In this document: piece by piece, positions 1 to 13,700 of the stretch
Position numbering within the stretch: position 1 is the first letter of the stretch
Layout: the number at the start of each line of letters is the position of its first letter
Program-made: the position numbers and the translations under genes
NCBI GenBank assembly: GCA_951406725.2
Contig: OX597814.1
Coordinates: 157,666,001 to 157,730,000 of the forward strand
Direction of reading: 5' to 3'
DNA from: Octopus vulgaris
Lineage: Eukaryota
Length of the DNA stretch: 64,000 nt
Notes under the pieces: model-generated
What the model was told of the DNA's origin: nothing
Databases searched by the model: none
What the model saw: only the letters and a program-made list of their open reading frames with translations

Positions 1-330
1 CAGGCGTGCGGCTATGAACTCATCCCCCATCCCCCCTACTCTCCTGACCTTGCACCCTCTGATTTTCCCCTCTTCCCAGCCATGAAGTTGTTTTTGAAAG
101 GAAAGCGTTTCCCAGATGATGCAGCCTTGATTTCTGAAGTCACGTCGTGGTTGGAGGACCAAGCTGGGGTCTTCTACAAAAACGATCTCCAGAGCTGCAT
201 CAAACAATGGGAGAAATGCGTAACTCTGGGTGGTTCCTATGTAGAAAAAGACTAATAACTGTGCCAAGTTTCGTTGCTCTACTGCTATGGGAAGTGGGTC
301 AGGGGCATTACTTATTGAACGCCCCTCGTA
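1..330 (+). mobile_element. Mariner transposon, 3' end (transposase C-terminus 1-255 plus right TIR); continues beyond window start
   Basis: Frame 1 reads QACGYELIPHPPYSPDLAPSDFPLFPAMK...GGSYVEKD* (mariner YSPDLAPSD motif); ends in GGGTCAGGGGCATTACTTATTGAACGCCCCTCG followed by TA; near-identical to the copy at 5163-6454. Confidence 0.95.
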
Positions 331-1079
331 AGTCTATGAGGGTTGATTATAACATACCCATGATAATGTACAAATATTTGCATATATTTGCATGTGAGCA
401 CAGTTAAATATGTGTATATATATCTTTGCATAACTTTTTTTCTATTTTTTGTTTCTGATTCTTAGCTTATAATTATATAGCATGATTTATCGCCCCAGAA
501 TTCCATAAGTAAATACCCAGAGCAGTCTTCATAGAAACCACATAATAAGTAAGGGATTACTAATAACAATTCAGATGCAATCTGGCTTTATCAAGTATAT
601 TGAAATAAAGGTTCACAATATATATGTATAAACACTCTAATAAAGTATAAAGATAATAAAATAAAATGGAGAAAAATAAATAGATGCTTGATTCATTTTA
701 TTTGTATCAAAATGGAAAAGTAATGCAAAGTAAAAGTGATACATATAAGAATAAGGATAAAAGAAAACGGATCAACAAAGCAACCAAAAAATATCCCCTC
801 AAAATCCTACTTATGTTTCAATCCGACAGCATGTTTGAATCATCAACATTCAAGCGATTGTAGATGTAAGAAAGCATATATTGCCGGGTATCTCCAAGGA
901 AACGTAAGTATATTTTCCGGGCTTGAATTACGTAATAACTAATTTCAGGACTGTATTTTGAAACTGGTTGATGTGTTGATCCGGTTTTTTTATCCTTAAT
1001 CTTATAAGTATCACTTTTTGCATTACGTTTCCATTGTGATACAAATAAGATGCACCAAGTATCTATAATATTTTTTCTT

Positions 1080-1259
<180 letters not shown>

Positions 1260-2276
1260 CGGTCGCTTGTTCATTAGTACCAATATGCAAACTCTGAAAG
1301 ATATTTAAAAGAATTATGTTTTGCGTAGTCGCTGGATATGGCCGGCCAAAACGTTACAATTAGTTTCACGTGTATTACCGTTCTTAATATAAGTGACACA
1401 TCAGATTTACTGGTTTGAAGCAGGGAACCACTTTACTAACGGAACTAAAAATACAGTATGAGTCAGTCTGGATTGTGACAAAAAACCTGAAACGACATTC
1501 TTCGAAGGAAAATCTTGTGGGTGCTACGGATTCATTCCCCCTTGACCATTTCCACTTGTATTTGAATTGTGTCAGTTCATATACGGTTTTTCATCAGTTG
1601 TCAGCAAGCGGAGAATTCCATGCTTTCAATGCAAATCTTTCGACATAAGAGGACAAAATAAAAACATTTTTTGAATTTCAGAAGTCCCTAGGTGAGTATT
1701 CACAAATTTTGAAAGTGAGATGCTCTTATGAGAAAATTACTAGTTCAAGATATGGAATTCCTTGCCTACTGACTTGTGAACGGAAATTGTACATAATCTT
1801 ACTCGTCCGGACACAACTAAAACTGGTCAATGAGAAATAGCTCCACTTCACCAAGAAGGGTTTTCCCCTCGAAGAATTTCGTTTAAGACTTTTTTTTTCA
1901 AACTTCTATCTCCATTAGTAAGGACGTTATGTGCCTCCATCTGGTTTATCGCTTGTGTTACTAATAGCAACAAGAGATGTGAAACCAATGGTAAATTTCT
2001 GACCAATCACAACCAAAGTTAACATTACATTTGTGTGTGCATGTGTGGGTTTGTGAGTGTGTGTTCGTGCGTTCGTGTGTGTGTACGTGCGCGCGTGTGT
2101 GTATATGTGTATATATATATGCATGTATATATATATATATATAAATATTTATATATATACAGTGTGTGTGCGTGTATGTGTATGTGTGTGTGTGAATGTG
2201 TGTGTGTGTGCGTGCGTGTGTGTGTGTGTATTTGTGTGTGTGTGTGTGTGGAATTACGTTTCGTTCTGCCAAACAT

Positions 2277-2509
2277 TTATAGAACAACTATCTCGCATAT
2301 TTGCATCCCTATGTTCCGTGTGTGACAAGGAACGTCATTCCATCCGAAATCTGCGGTTGGCACAAGGCTAACACAGTGTTCATTTCCACCAGAGGGATTA
2401 GGATAAAACCAACGAGAATATGTTACTGCTTCTCCAGTTTGCCATACAAAGACGTTCTTGTTACGATCTCTACTTGATCCAATATAATACTGACCTGAAT
2501 GCGCCGCAG
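2277..2509 (-). CDS. PAN/C-type lectin gene, exon 3 (terminal; C-terminal half of the lectin domain)
   Basis: YYIG...FVWQTGEAVTYSRWFYPNPSGGNEHCVSL...WNDVPC...ICEIVVL*; acceptor tttgttttcAG at 2511-2510, phase 1. Confidence 0.92.
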
Positions 2510-2607
2510 CTGAAAACAAACGGAAAACACAAAATTTGATTAATAATCAGCTTGTAGACATTCGTTATAATTCGATACATGTTCGAGCAAATATATTGTC
2601 TTGTCTT

Positions 2608-2680
<73 letters not shown>
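2608..2680. repeat. (TAG)n microsatellite in intron 2
   Basis: Directly visible tandem repeat. Confidence 0.95.
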
Positions 2681-3902
2681 CATTAGCTGTTGTTGTTGTT
2701 GCTGGTGTGATTGTTGATATTTAGCTCAGATTACTCATGACATCCTGTCTTATTTGTGTTTACATGGTGTATACTTGACTATACACTGCATTTCGAGAAA
2801 CAGTCGACTCCCATCTTCTGTAAGATGAACGCTCATTCAGTGTACATATTTTTCCTCACTGTGTCGCAGCACACTTAGAACCCACATATGACCTGCTTGT
2901 GTGCGCCGTAATTTTAGTGTACTGGAAAAATAGCGAAAAATTTTGAATTATGGTAAAGTAATCACATAACCTAACGTATATATTAATTTAAATTGATTTC
3001 TTGTTACGTACATCAGTAAACTAGATACTGAAATCTCTTCGTCGATTCTGGCGGCAAGAACATTTCAGCAACTGTGACGAAATATTTCAAAATACACTAT
3101 GTTTTCATGTTCTTCGTATATAAAATGAAATTAACCGCAAATTATTGTCTAATGCTGGCTATATAGCAAGTAAATTATCTATTTCTTCTGTTTGCATATG
3201 AATTCAAAACTAAACAGACTGAACCTTTCAAGTTATTGGAATTTAAAAGGATGACTATTATGAATTCGTTGATTAATTTAATCGACTCTTGCATTCTCCT
3301 ACAAACATTGATGTTGTATTGATAAAAACCAAAATCAAAATTCAAAGGAGGATTATTTCGTTGAGACTGTATTTATATTGTCAATAATGTATCTGTAATA
3401 GGGAAACTCAATACTCTAACTCGACATGATACTACTGTCGTTATTAATACTGAAGAGGGTGTAGTCCGAAAGATGTTCCATAGAACGAAAAGATTGATTC
3501 AAAAGAAAATTCATACGTTAAATTCTCTAACTATTTATAACAATACGATTTATAATAAATATATTTTCTTAGTTTCAACGCTCTATTCGAATTTTTACGT
3601 ATAACAAACAGTACAAAATCTAAAATAAATCATTACTTAAGTTATTCTTAACTGGCAAAGTCATTTTCTTTTGTAAACTCATTGGCAGTAAATGACAATA
3701 TAAATCTTTAAGCAATAAATGAAATTAAATTATTACATTTGATATATTCCCAAAAAGAGAAACACTCAGAACATAGTGTACAAATCAGAGAAACATTAGC
3801 AGGAAAACGGAATTTTGTTTGCAAAATGGGAGGAAATTGCAATTTTGAGTGACATTAAATCTGTTATAGTTTATGATATGAGGTATATCATGTGTACATT
3901 TG

Positions 3903-3966
<64 letters not shown>

Positions 3967-4325
3967 AATCAAGGAACGGCCATAATAGGCCATTCACCCA
4001 CTAGAAATAACAGCCAAAGCTTTAACCGCAAAATAACATCAATTCCGTAAACCAGGAGAAAATTAAAAACATTTACCCTGTAATTTCTTAGACGATGCAC
4101 CGTTTCATCTACCGTTTAATGGTAAACTAACCTGATTAAATTAAATCAAGCCAATCTACCATAGGCCCTTAGATTCATCAGTAAGAAATACCAAGTCGGA
4201 ACAGATATTTTTCACGAGGCATTCCTCTTGCTACCTCGGCAATATCTGACCTAAAATTTTCAAATCGTCGCACTCGCGCCAAATTTATCGGCAGCAAATA
4301 AATATAACGGAATTAACCAGAAAAT

Positions 4326-4423
4326 TCAATATAGGGTGGCAAAAAAAAAATTTTGTAGAATTCTTTTGCCACCAGCGGCCTAGTGGTTTGATTGTGATAT
4401 TTTTTTTTGCCACCCTATATTGA
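4326..4423. mobile_element. Tiny hairpin / MITE-like remnant
   Basis: TCAATATAGGGTGGCAAAAAAAA ... TTTTTTTTGCCACCCTATATTGA inverted repeat with about 50-bp spacer. Confidence 0.5.
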
Positions 4424-4480
<57 letters not shown>

Positions 4481-4604
4481 GTAAAAATAATTACAGACAT
4501 GGACAAGAACATGAAACACCAAAGAGACGACACAAGAACCACAGGACGGGACATTCGAAGCCCTCAGTCATCAGTCAAGAACCAGATCATCTTAGCAATT
4601 TCGG

Positions 4605-4682
<78 letters not shown>

Positions 4683-4721
4683 GTGTTGCATGTGTGTATT
4701 AAATAGTAAAATGTTGCTCAC

Positions 4722-4901
4722 CCCGTGATAATTGTGCTTTTAGATAGTTCATTACTTCATCATTTTTAATGTGAATAAGTCGTCCTCGATCCTTATTGCA
4801 ATTGTCTGCAGCCTTCTTCCATGAAGTTATCGTGGAGCCTATTTGATAACACAATCTCAATTCTGGATGGTAAGTATAGCCGGCTGACGTCGGACATTCG
4901 G
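4722..4901 (-). CDS. PAN/C-type lectin gene, exon 2 (N-terminal half of the lectin domain; not in ORF track)
   Basis: Hand translation (P)ECPTSAGYTYHPELRLCYQIGSTITSWKKAADNCNKDRGRLIHIKNDEVMNYLKAQLSR; acceptor ttcctaaAG, donor GTGAGC; 180 nt, phase 1-1, joins exons 1 and 3 in frame. Confidence 0.92.
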
Positions 4902-5162
4902 CTTTAGGAAGACAAGAGAAATATTTTTCATGTGTTAGATCATTTTGAAAAGTAATGACTTATGTTAATTTCAGGACGCTACTAACTATTATCTGACTGT
5001 TTCTCCTTCCCATTGCGCCCCAAATGAGCCTAATTTACAACTGCACACTGACAAGTAGAATTGGTAGACATTTCCTTACTAATTTCGTTTTGGAATACAC
5101 AACATATCTCTTTCTAGAATTTCCTTTTCTTCAGCACTCTCTCAATCTCCTGTCAATATAGT

Positions 5163-6454
5163 TACGAGGGGCGTTCAATAAGTAATGCCCCTGACCCACT
5201 TCCCATAGCAGTAGAGCAACGAAACTTGGCACAGTTATTAGTCTTTTTCTACATAGGAACCACCCAGAGGTATACAGTTCTCCCATTGTTTGATGCAGCT
5301 CTGAAGACCGTTTTTGTAGAAGACCCCAGATTGGTCCTCCAACCATGACGTGACTTCAGAAAACAAATCTGCATCATCTGAGAAACGTTTTTCTTTCAAA
5401 AACAACTTCATGGCTGGGAAGAGGGGAAAATCAGAGGGTGCAAGGTCAGGAGAGTAGGGGGGATGGGGGATGAGTTCATAGCCGCACGCCTGTGCTTCTG
5501 ATCTGGCGACACGCGAGTTGTGGACCAGAGCGTTATCCTGCAGGAGGAGGATGCCTTTGCTGATCTTGCCCCGCCTCTTGATTTTGATAACTTCTCTTAA
5601 TTTCCTCAAAAGTGAAGAATAATAGGCTCTTGCAATTGTGGTACCCTTTGCCAGGAAATCTGTCATCACTACTCCGTCCTGGACCCAGAGGACTGTGAGC
5701 ATGACCTTGCCAGCGGAGGGCTGCACCCTTGCCTTTTTTGGAGAGGGTGAGTCACGGTGCTTCCACTGCATTGACTGGGCTTTGGTCTCTATCATCGTGA
5801 TGGACCCAGGTTTCATCCTGTGTAATCAGACTTTTGAAAAAGTTTGACTCATCTTCTTGGCACATCTCCAAATTCACCCTCGAGCACTCGATGCGTTCTT
5901 GCTTCTGGAAAGGCGTGAGCAACCTAGGAATCCATCTGGCAGACACCTTTTGCATATGCAAATGGTCATGAATGATAGTTTCCACAGACCCGGTACTAAT
6001 CTTGACCTCATGGGCTATTTGGCGAATAGTTATGCGTCGATCTTCCAAGATGGCAGCCTCAACTTGACGGACAGATGCCTCATCAATGGCAGAAGGGGGC
6101 GACCAGATCTGGGAGCTGTTTCCACAGAGTTCCGACCATGTTTGAATTCACGATGCCAGCGTTTTACAAGGTCATATGATGGGGCATCATCACCATAATT
6201 ACTTTCATTTCATCAAAAGTCTCCCGTGGTGTGCGTCATTTCAAATACAAAAACCGGATCACTGCTCGACACTCAACAGGCTCCATTTCACACTTGACTC
6301 AGTTCAAACACCTGTAAATCAGAAACCACAATTAGTTCAGAGCTGTAATTTGCCACTTCATCTATAGATATAGAAATAATTGCACCTGCAAAATTTCAGC
6401 TTGATCAAACAACTGCAAGTGGGTCAGAGGCATTACTTATAAACGTCCCTTGCA
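5163..6454 (-). mobile_element. Full-length mariner transposon with frameshifted DD34D transposase
   Basis: ORFs 5752-6048 (WIPRLL, ITQDETWVH) and 5238-5816 (QDNA, YSPDLAPSD); TIR TACGAGGGGCGTTCAATAAGTAATGCCCCTGACCC at 5163 and a degenerate inverse at 6421-6454. Confidence 0.95.
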
Positions 6455-7284
6455 CCAGCACTGACAGTTGCTTTATTCATCAAAGTATAACAAGATGGTA
6501 TTCTAACCCCCAACATTAGAATTGTATGTTTGAGAGCTGGGGCTAAACTCATCTAATTTGGTACTGCTTACTTTTTTATGAACGTGTATAGAAACAGACT
6601 ACTGCATCATTAAAGCTTAGCAAAACAAACCTTTTAACTTAAAAAAATCCGACTGTTGCTCTTATCTCAAGCATCCCTAATTTTATTGTAAAATAGTCCC
6701 TTCTTTATTTCCATGAAATTTTTCCGTCACTCAGTGATTCCTAAGGATCACATTTATAAGAGACCTTATTTCGCACATGACACACCAATTTCGTTATAAA
6801 CCATATTGTAGATTTGATGTCTTGTATAATTTCTAACTATAGCTGATTGTGAAAATTCCAGTAAAGAGATGGTCATTTAAAAACTTCAGCCTTCCAATAA
6901 TCACATTGATTGAGAGATTCTTAACAAATCGTTCGTCGTTGCATACAAGACGACTGGATTTTAAGGAATCTTTAACTGTCGACTGAAGTGTTTCAAAAGG
7001 GTTAATTCATCTCCATTCTTAGCCCTTCTAACTGCAATAGCAATGTCATCTAAGTCACTTAGATCCAATAACTCAAATGCAGATAAAACTATTTTGAATT
7101 CCACCCTTCTTTTAAATATATATGCAAAATATATTCCGCTAGTTATTATAGCTCACGAAGTGTTGTAACAACAGTATCTCTATTTAATCATTCGAATTGC
7201 TAGATATAACAGCTATATTTCCCACAAATCACACTATATATTATTATAAACAATGGGGGGTAATTTCATAACAGCTGGTCTGAT

Positions 7285-7905
7285 AACAGTGAAGTTTCAA
7301 AACCTAAGGAGCAAAAGTGGGAGGGTATAAGGTAGAAGATGTAAGATCTGCTCTCGAGAAGTCAAACAAATGGCAGTCTCCAGGAAAGGATAAACTTCCT
7401 AACTTCAGAATAAATACCTTCCCAGAGAGTCATGAACTACTAACAGAACTTTACAATGACGCTTTGCAACAACCTAGTATGATTCCCTCTTGGTTAGTTA
7501 ATGGACCAAACAAATGGACCAAAATATTAGAGATACATAACCTGCTTAACAACAATTTATAAAACGCTAACATCTGTCCTGACTAAATATACCTATAGTC
7601 TTTTAATATAAAGTGGCATATTCCCTAATGAGCAAAAAGGATGTAAACGTGGATGCTATGGTTGTAAAGACCAGCTACTCATCAATAAGATGATCTTAGA
7701 AGATTGTCACAATTGACACAAAACTTGTCAATAGCCAAGATTGACTATAAAACAGCTTTTGATAGACTACCACATAACTGGATTAAGAAATTTTTAAACA
7801 TATTTTTGTGCTCGAGGGACCTAACGCGCTTTTGATACTTTGCTATGCCAGTAACTTTAGTACACACCTTGTACTTGATAGTTTCTATGGTGGTATCGAT
7901 GTCAA
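7285..7905 (+). mobile_element. Dong/R4-like LINE RT fragment, followed by a short inverted segment (about 7800-7905)
   Basis: [30 protein letters not shown] and DYKTAFDRLPH motifs; paralogous to 8335-8520 and 11530-11810; 7800-7905 is the inverse of about 8060-8170. Confidence 0.75.
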
Positions 7906-8549
7906 ATATCGTTTTCATATATATGAAAACTATATTTGACATCAATACCACAATATAGGTCTAACATAGAATGTTTGGAAAACCTTAAGTTTGACAAAAC
8001 TACCAAACCTACAGAAACCGGAAAATTAAAGAAAAAATATAATATAAAAATCATTCTTGTCATTGATGCCACCATAGAAACCATCAAGCAAAAGGTGTGT
8101 GCTAAAGCTGCCCGCATAGCAAGGTATGAAAAGCGCGTTAGATTCTTCAAGGACAATAATATGTTTAAAAATACCCCCAAATCTTTTTACAGGAAGACAA
8201 GGGGAAATACCAATTACAGTAAAGTCTCACCCATCAAAAGAAGTGCAGAAATTTTGGAATAATATTTGGGCAGAAGAAAAAACAGAATGAAAAACACCCT
8301 GTATTAATAGAATATCTACAGACTTAGACTCCTTAGAAGAGCAAAAGTGGGAGGGTATCAAGGTAGAAGATGTAAGATCTCTCAGGAAGTCAAGCAAATG
8401 GCAATCTCCAAGAAAGAATAAAATTCTTAACTTCTGGTTGAATGCCTTCCCAGGGAGCCATGAACTGCCAACAAAACTTTACAACGACGTTTTGCAACAA
8501 CCTACTATGATTCCCTCTTGGTATTACATTCCTACTTCCAAAATATGAG

Positions 8550-8710
8550 GTGTAGGAGTGGCTCTGTGATAAGTAGCTTGCTTAACAACCACATGGTTTC
8601 AGGTTCAGTACCACTGCATGACACCTTGGGCAAGTGTCTTATACAATAGCCTCGGGCCGATCAAAATCTTGTGAATGGATTTAGTAGACAGAAACTGAAA
8701 GAAGCCCGTC

Positions 8711-8754
<44 letters not shown>

Positions 8755-10534
8755 AAATGAAGAAAATGCTGACAAAATAATTTAAGTAATTTAAGTAATT
8801 TAATTAGGTGAAAGTTCATTTTACCGGTTGCGCATTTGTTATGCTTATCAAAATTTTTTTAAGAGAGATGTAGTTAATCTTTACTCCAACATTCCCCACA
8901 ACCTAGGAATAGAAGCTATCCAATTCTGGCTGGATAATTACTCCAACGAACTCCCACACCGCATCAAAAAGGAATTTATTTTAGAAGGACTCAAATTCAT
9001 CTTAGAGAATAATTTCTTCACCTTCAACAACAAATTCTACAGACAGAAATCAGGGACGGCAATGGGAACGAAAACAGCTCCCACTTACGCCAACCTAGTC
9101 ATGGGATACCTGGAAATCACCCTCTATAATAACGTTCTTAACCAATTTGGCACCACTCTTCACACACACATAGAGAAGAACTGGAAGAGATATCTTGATG
9201 ACTGCTTCATCCTTTGGTCCGAAACCGTCGAGAAGCTTAAAGAATTTCACATCCTTATAAATGGGCTCAACACAAACATTATTTTCACATTGGAATACAG
9301 CCCTCAACAAATTCACTTCCTCGACATCCTCATTAAAATTCACAACAAAAAATAGAAATAGACATATACTACAAGCCCACAGACTCCAAGCAATACCTCC
9401 CTTTCAATTCATGCCACCCTAGACACGTTAAAATTAACATTCCCTACAACTTAGCCAAGAGAATTTGCACTATAGTCTCCAATAAAAACACCCGTCTCTT
9501 ACGTCTACAAGAACTCAAGGACACATTAACAAGCAGGTATTACCCCACGTCACTAATTGACAATGGGATCCAACGCGCCCTAAAACTCAGCACACAGGAA
9601 CTTAGACACCCTAAACCTGTTACATCGAAACCCCATACTCTACCATACATCTCTACACATAACCCCCTCAACAATGAAGCTTTTGACACCATCCTCCAGA
9701 ACATTCCTCAGTTAAAAAAGGACCATAGAATGAACCAAATCCTCCTAACACACGAAATCATAAAGAGCAAAAGGCGACCCAAATCATTGAAAACCATCTT
9801 AACAAATGTCAAATACTGCCAACCACAACAACTAAACCCACAGTAAACAAATGCAATAGACCCAACTGTGGTATATGCATCAACCTAATAGAAGGTCCGG
9901 AATTCTTTTTTAAACAAGGACAACGTTTCACAGTAAAACACAACTTCACATGCGCATCAGAAAACCTAGTATATGTCTTAACTTGCTCGGGCTGTAATGA
10001 AAACTACATAGGCCAAACTAAAAATAGCCTCCGCCAACGCATTACTGTCCACAGATCCCAAATAAAAATACAGGAATACAGAAAAATAGCACTTAGTGCA
10101 CATATTGATACCTGTGCCGCACAACTTCATCCCAATTTTAGAATCTTTCCCCTCTACAAATTTAAAGACAATGCCACTCATACCCAGCGAATAACCATGG
10201 AATCCCACCTTATTAATAAATACAGACCACTTCTAAACACATCCCCCTAACACGAACCCACAACAAACACACTTACACCTGCACACACCCTACACACACT
10301 TTTACCCAGATATTAACACCATGACACACGCAAATATATGGTTCCACACATACACATAATTGGATACGAGTGCAAAACATCCAACACTATTTTTGGAAAT
10401 GACTGTAAATATTGACTTCACACAAACACGTTGCTTCCCGATACAGGCACAAGGCCAGCAGAACTATAAATATTGAAAATTGTACCCACACACGCACACA
10501 TATATACACGCGCGCGCGCCCCAACATACATATA

Positions 10535-10575
<41 letters not shown>

Positions 10576-11238
10576 GCACACGTACATACATATAGCTCTT
10601 CCTATCCTAAACGAACTTACTTATCCAGCTCAAATTCAGTCAAACGGAAAATACACTCCCTAACTACGCGCTAAAAAGCTATTTAAAATATCCACATGAC
10701 GTCTACTGACCAGCCTGAACAATAAGAATTTTCAACAACGCTATTTTCGAAAATTCTAAACATTCACGTGACCTCTCTATTATGACCACATCCACGTGAC
10801 CTCTTTATTATGACCAATGAGAAATTTTAGGCGCGACACTAGCCAAATTTTAACTTCTCTGGAGCCTTTTTTCTTACCCCAACACCAATTTCCATTCAAA
10901 CATTCACGTGACCCCTTCATAATGACCAATCAAAATTGTATTGAACATTGTCCACAAAAAATTTTAGGCGCGAAACCAAGCAAATCTTAAACAACTCTGG
11001 AGCCTCTTTTTTCACATATACGAGACAGCAAACCCAACATAAAGTCAGATAAGAGGAAAAAATCTATCAGAAAGGAACTCTATCTCTCTTAAAAAAAATT
11101 TGATAAGCATAACAAATGCGCAACCGGTAAAAAGAACTTTCACCTAATTAAATTACTTAAATTACTTAAATTATTTTGTCAGCATTTTCTTCATTTCCTT
11201 TTTTATATATCACAACGGGTGTTCCACATCTCCTTTTT

Positions 11239-11293
<55 letters not shown>

Positions 11294-11519
11294 GTGCGTA
11301 TATGTTTCTGCGTCTGTTTTTGTCCCCCCAACATCACTTGACAACCGATGCTGGTGTGTTTACGTCCCATAACTTGCTCGGTTCGGTAAAAGAGACCAAT
11401 AGAATAAGTACTTGGCTTAAAAAAGAATAAGCCCTGGGGTCGATTTGCTCGACCAAAGGCGGTACTCCAGCATGGCCACAGTCAAAATGACTGAAACAAG
11501 TAAAAGAGTAAAGAGAGTG
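8550..11519 (+). mobile_element. tRNA-derived SINE split at its internal (TA)n by a Penelope insertion (head 8550-8711, tail about 11290-11519)
   Basis: A-box-like TGGCTCTGTGA and B-box-like GGTTCAGTACC in the head; tail ...ATGACTGAAACAAGTAAAAGAG matches the partial copy at 31868-32020. Confidence 0.8.
8751..11241 (+). mobile_element. 5'-truncated Penelope-like element (RT plus C-terminal GIY-YIG) with inverted termini
   Basis: DVVNLYSNIP, GTAMGTKTAPTYANL, WKRYLDD; linker CNRPNCGIC; NLVYVLTCSGCNENYIGQT; 8751-8868 is the reverse complement of about 11084-11200; flanked by (TA)n. Confidence 0.92.
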
Positions 11520-13700
11520 TAAACAAATAAACCCAAATATTATACATCCATAACCTGCTTAACAACAATGTCTAAAATACTAACATCCGATTTGACTGAA
11601 TATACCTATAGTTTTTTAATAGAAAATGGCATATTGCATAATGAGCAAAAAGGATGTGCGTGGGTCCTATGGTTGTAAAGATCAGCGAATCGCCAATAAG
11701 ATGATCTTGGAAGATTGTAACTAACGACACAAAAATTTTCGATAGCCTGGGCAGACAATAAAAAAGATTTTGATTGTCTACCGCGTAGGTGGATTAAGGA
11801 ATGTCTGGAAATGTATAAATTAGCACCTACTCTGATAAACCTCTTGTTTGTAAGTATGAGATCATGGAGAACCACACTGATTTTGAACAGTGACAATGAA
11901 TCTCTTAATGCTGGAGATATAAGAATTTCATGTGGCATTTTCTAGAGTGACTCACTATCACCACTCCTCTTTTCTCTAGCCCTTTCTCTTAATGCCTCTC
12001 TCGAAATTGCGCGATGATGTACAATACGGCTATAAAATGTTTGATAAAATTATGCTTAGAAAATAATATTTAGAAAATTATAGATCATCTCATTTACATG
12101 GACGGTATAGAGCTCATTGCCAGAAAAGGAAATGACCACAACAAGAGGTCTTACTAGCGATTGTTAAACAATTCAGTTCAGTGATGACATCAGAATGCAA
12201 TTTGGCTTCGAGAAATGTGCAAAAGCTACCTTTATCAAAGCAAAATTGACAGAAACATCCAAAGTTAATCTTGACCAGCTGAATATCATAAAGGAGTTAG
12301 AAGCGGCGTAGAGCTACAAATACCTAGGGGTATTTGAATTCGATGGATACAAACAGTCAGTGATGAGGGAAAGGATATGAAGAGAATGTTGAGGGCAATA
12401 CTCAAGACAGAGGTGAATGCAAGAGGCATGATCGCAGCTATCAATACGTTAGCCATACAGGTCGTGACTTACAGTTTCAATATTAATAACTGGTCAATTA
12501 CTAAAATATGTAAACTTGACAGAAAAACACGAAAATTGTTAACAATGCATAGAATGCACCACCCTAAGGCAGATATAGAACGACTTTACCTGTCAATAAA
12601 AGAGGATGGCCGTGGACTCATATAACTGGAATTAATAATGAATATTGCCACAATTGGCCTAGACAACTACTTGAAAAACTCTGAGGACTGGATGTTAAAA
12701 CTTGTCTCAAAGTATGAAGTAAGTAAGCATCAAACTCAGTAACAAAACAGGTGAAGTAATATCTAAGTGATTTCCAAATAGAACAAACTCCAGAATTAGA
12801 TGTACTAGAAACACGCACAGAAAAAGCTAAGCGTATGAAAACCCGTACTAAACTGCTGCCCTAGATATTCTTACTGATAAATAGCAGGAAAAACCTCTTA
12901 ATGGCAAATACCCAAAGAGAGCTATTAGTGCCGATGTTGACAAACCCTTGCCCATCAATGGTTAGTGTTTTTCTGCTTAAAACCAGAAACGGAAGAGTTT
13001 ATGATAGCGGCCCAACATCAATGCCTACCTACAAGAAAATACCAGGCCAACATGTTAAAGAACGGCAGAAGCTCAACATGTGTATGTCAGCAAAAAATGT
13101 AACAATTGATCATGTTGTCTCCATGTGCAGTCTTCCTGCGCCTACAGCGTATCTCAACAGGCATGAGAGAGCAGCACAATATATTCACTGGGTAATTTGC
13201 AAAAACCTGGACCTACCCCATGATAAAATAACTGGTGGGACCACAAACCACCTCCAGTGCTTGAAAATGATCACATCTCACTTCTCTTGAACTTCACCGT
13301 TCAAGGCCAGACATTATATTGAAAGACTTCTGGCAAAAATCAAGCTTCCTCATTGATATGACTGTCTCAATTGACATAATTGTATCTGTCAAGATCTACA
13401 ACAAATTGTGCAAGACCTGTTGTCATAGGTGCCCTAATAATGATAGTAAAAGGGGCTGAGTCTTACCTAGCTCAGATACCAAAATGGCAGAAATTCAAAG
13501 GGTAATGCTCATGGGATCTGCCCATATCGTACGTAAAATCAATCTCAAACTTTAAAACAGACTCATAACTGTCATATGTTTTTTTTCAACATTCTCAATT
13601 ACAATATTATATGACACCCTAGGCATGACACCAACATGAACTCGTAACTTGTTATCTCTTGAGGTCTCTGGGTGAGACTTGGAGACAACTTTCACAAATA

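Larger units (their letters stand above)
7905..13700 (+). mobile_element. Degenerate Dong/R4-like LINE (RT, CCHC, REL) interrupted at 8550-11519 by a SINE and a nested Penelope
   Basis: KAARIARYEKR and LLPKYE before the SINE; reading resumes at about 11520 with GIFxSDSLSPLLF, HLIYMD, MHRMHHPKADIERLY, TIDHVVSMC...RHE. Confidence 0.85.

Noticed and set aside
3446-3480. CTGAAGA-GGG..TCC-GAAA hammerhead-like motif
   Set aside because: Stem II is only three weak pairs and no credible stem I or III; at best a decayed relic
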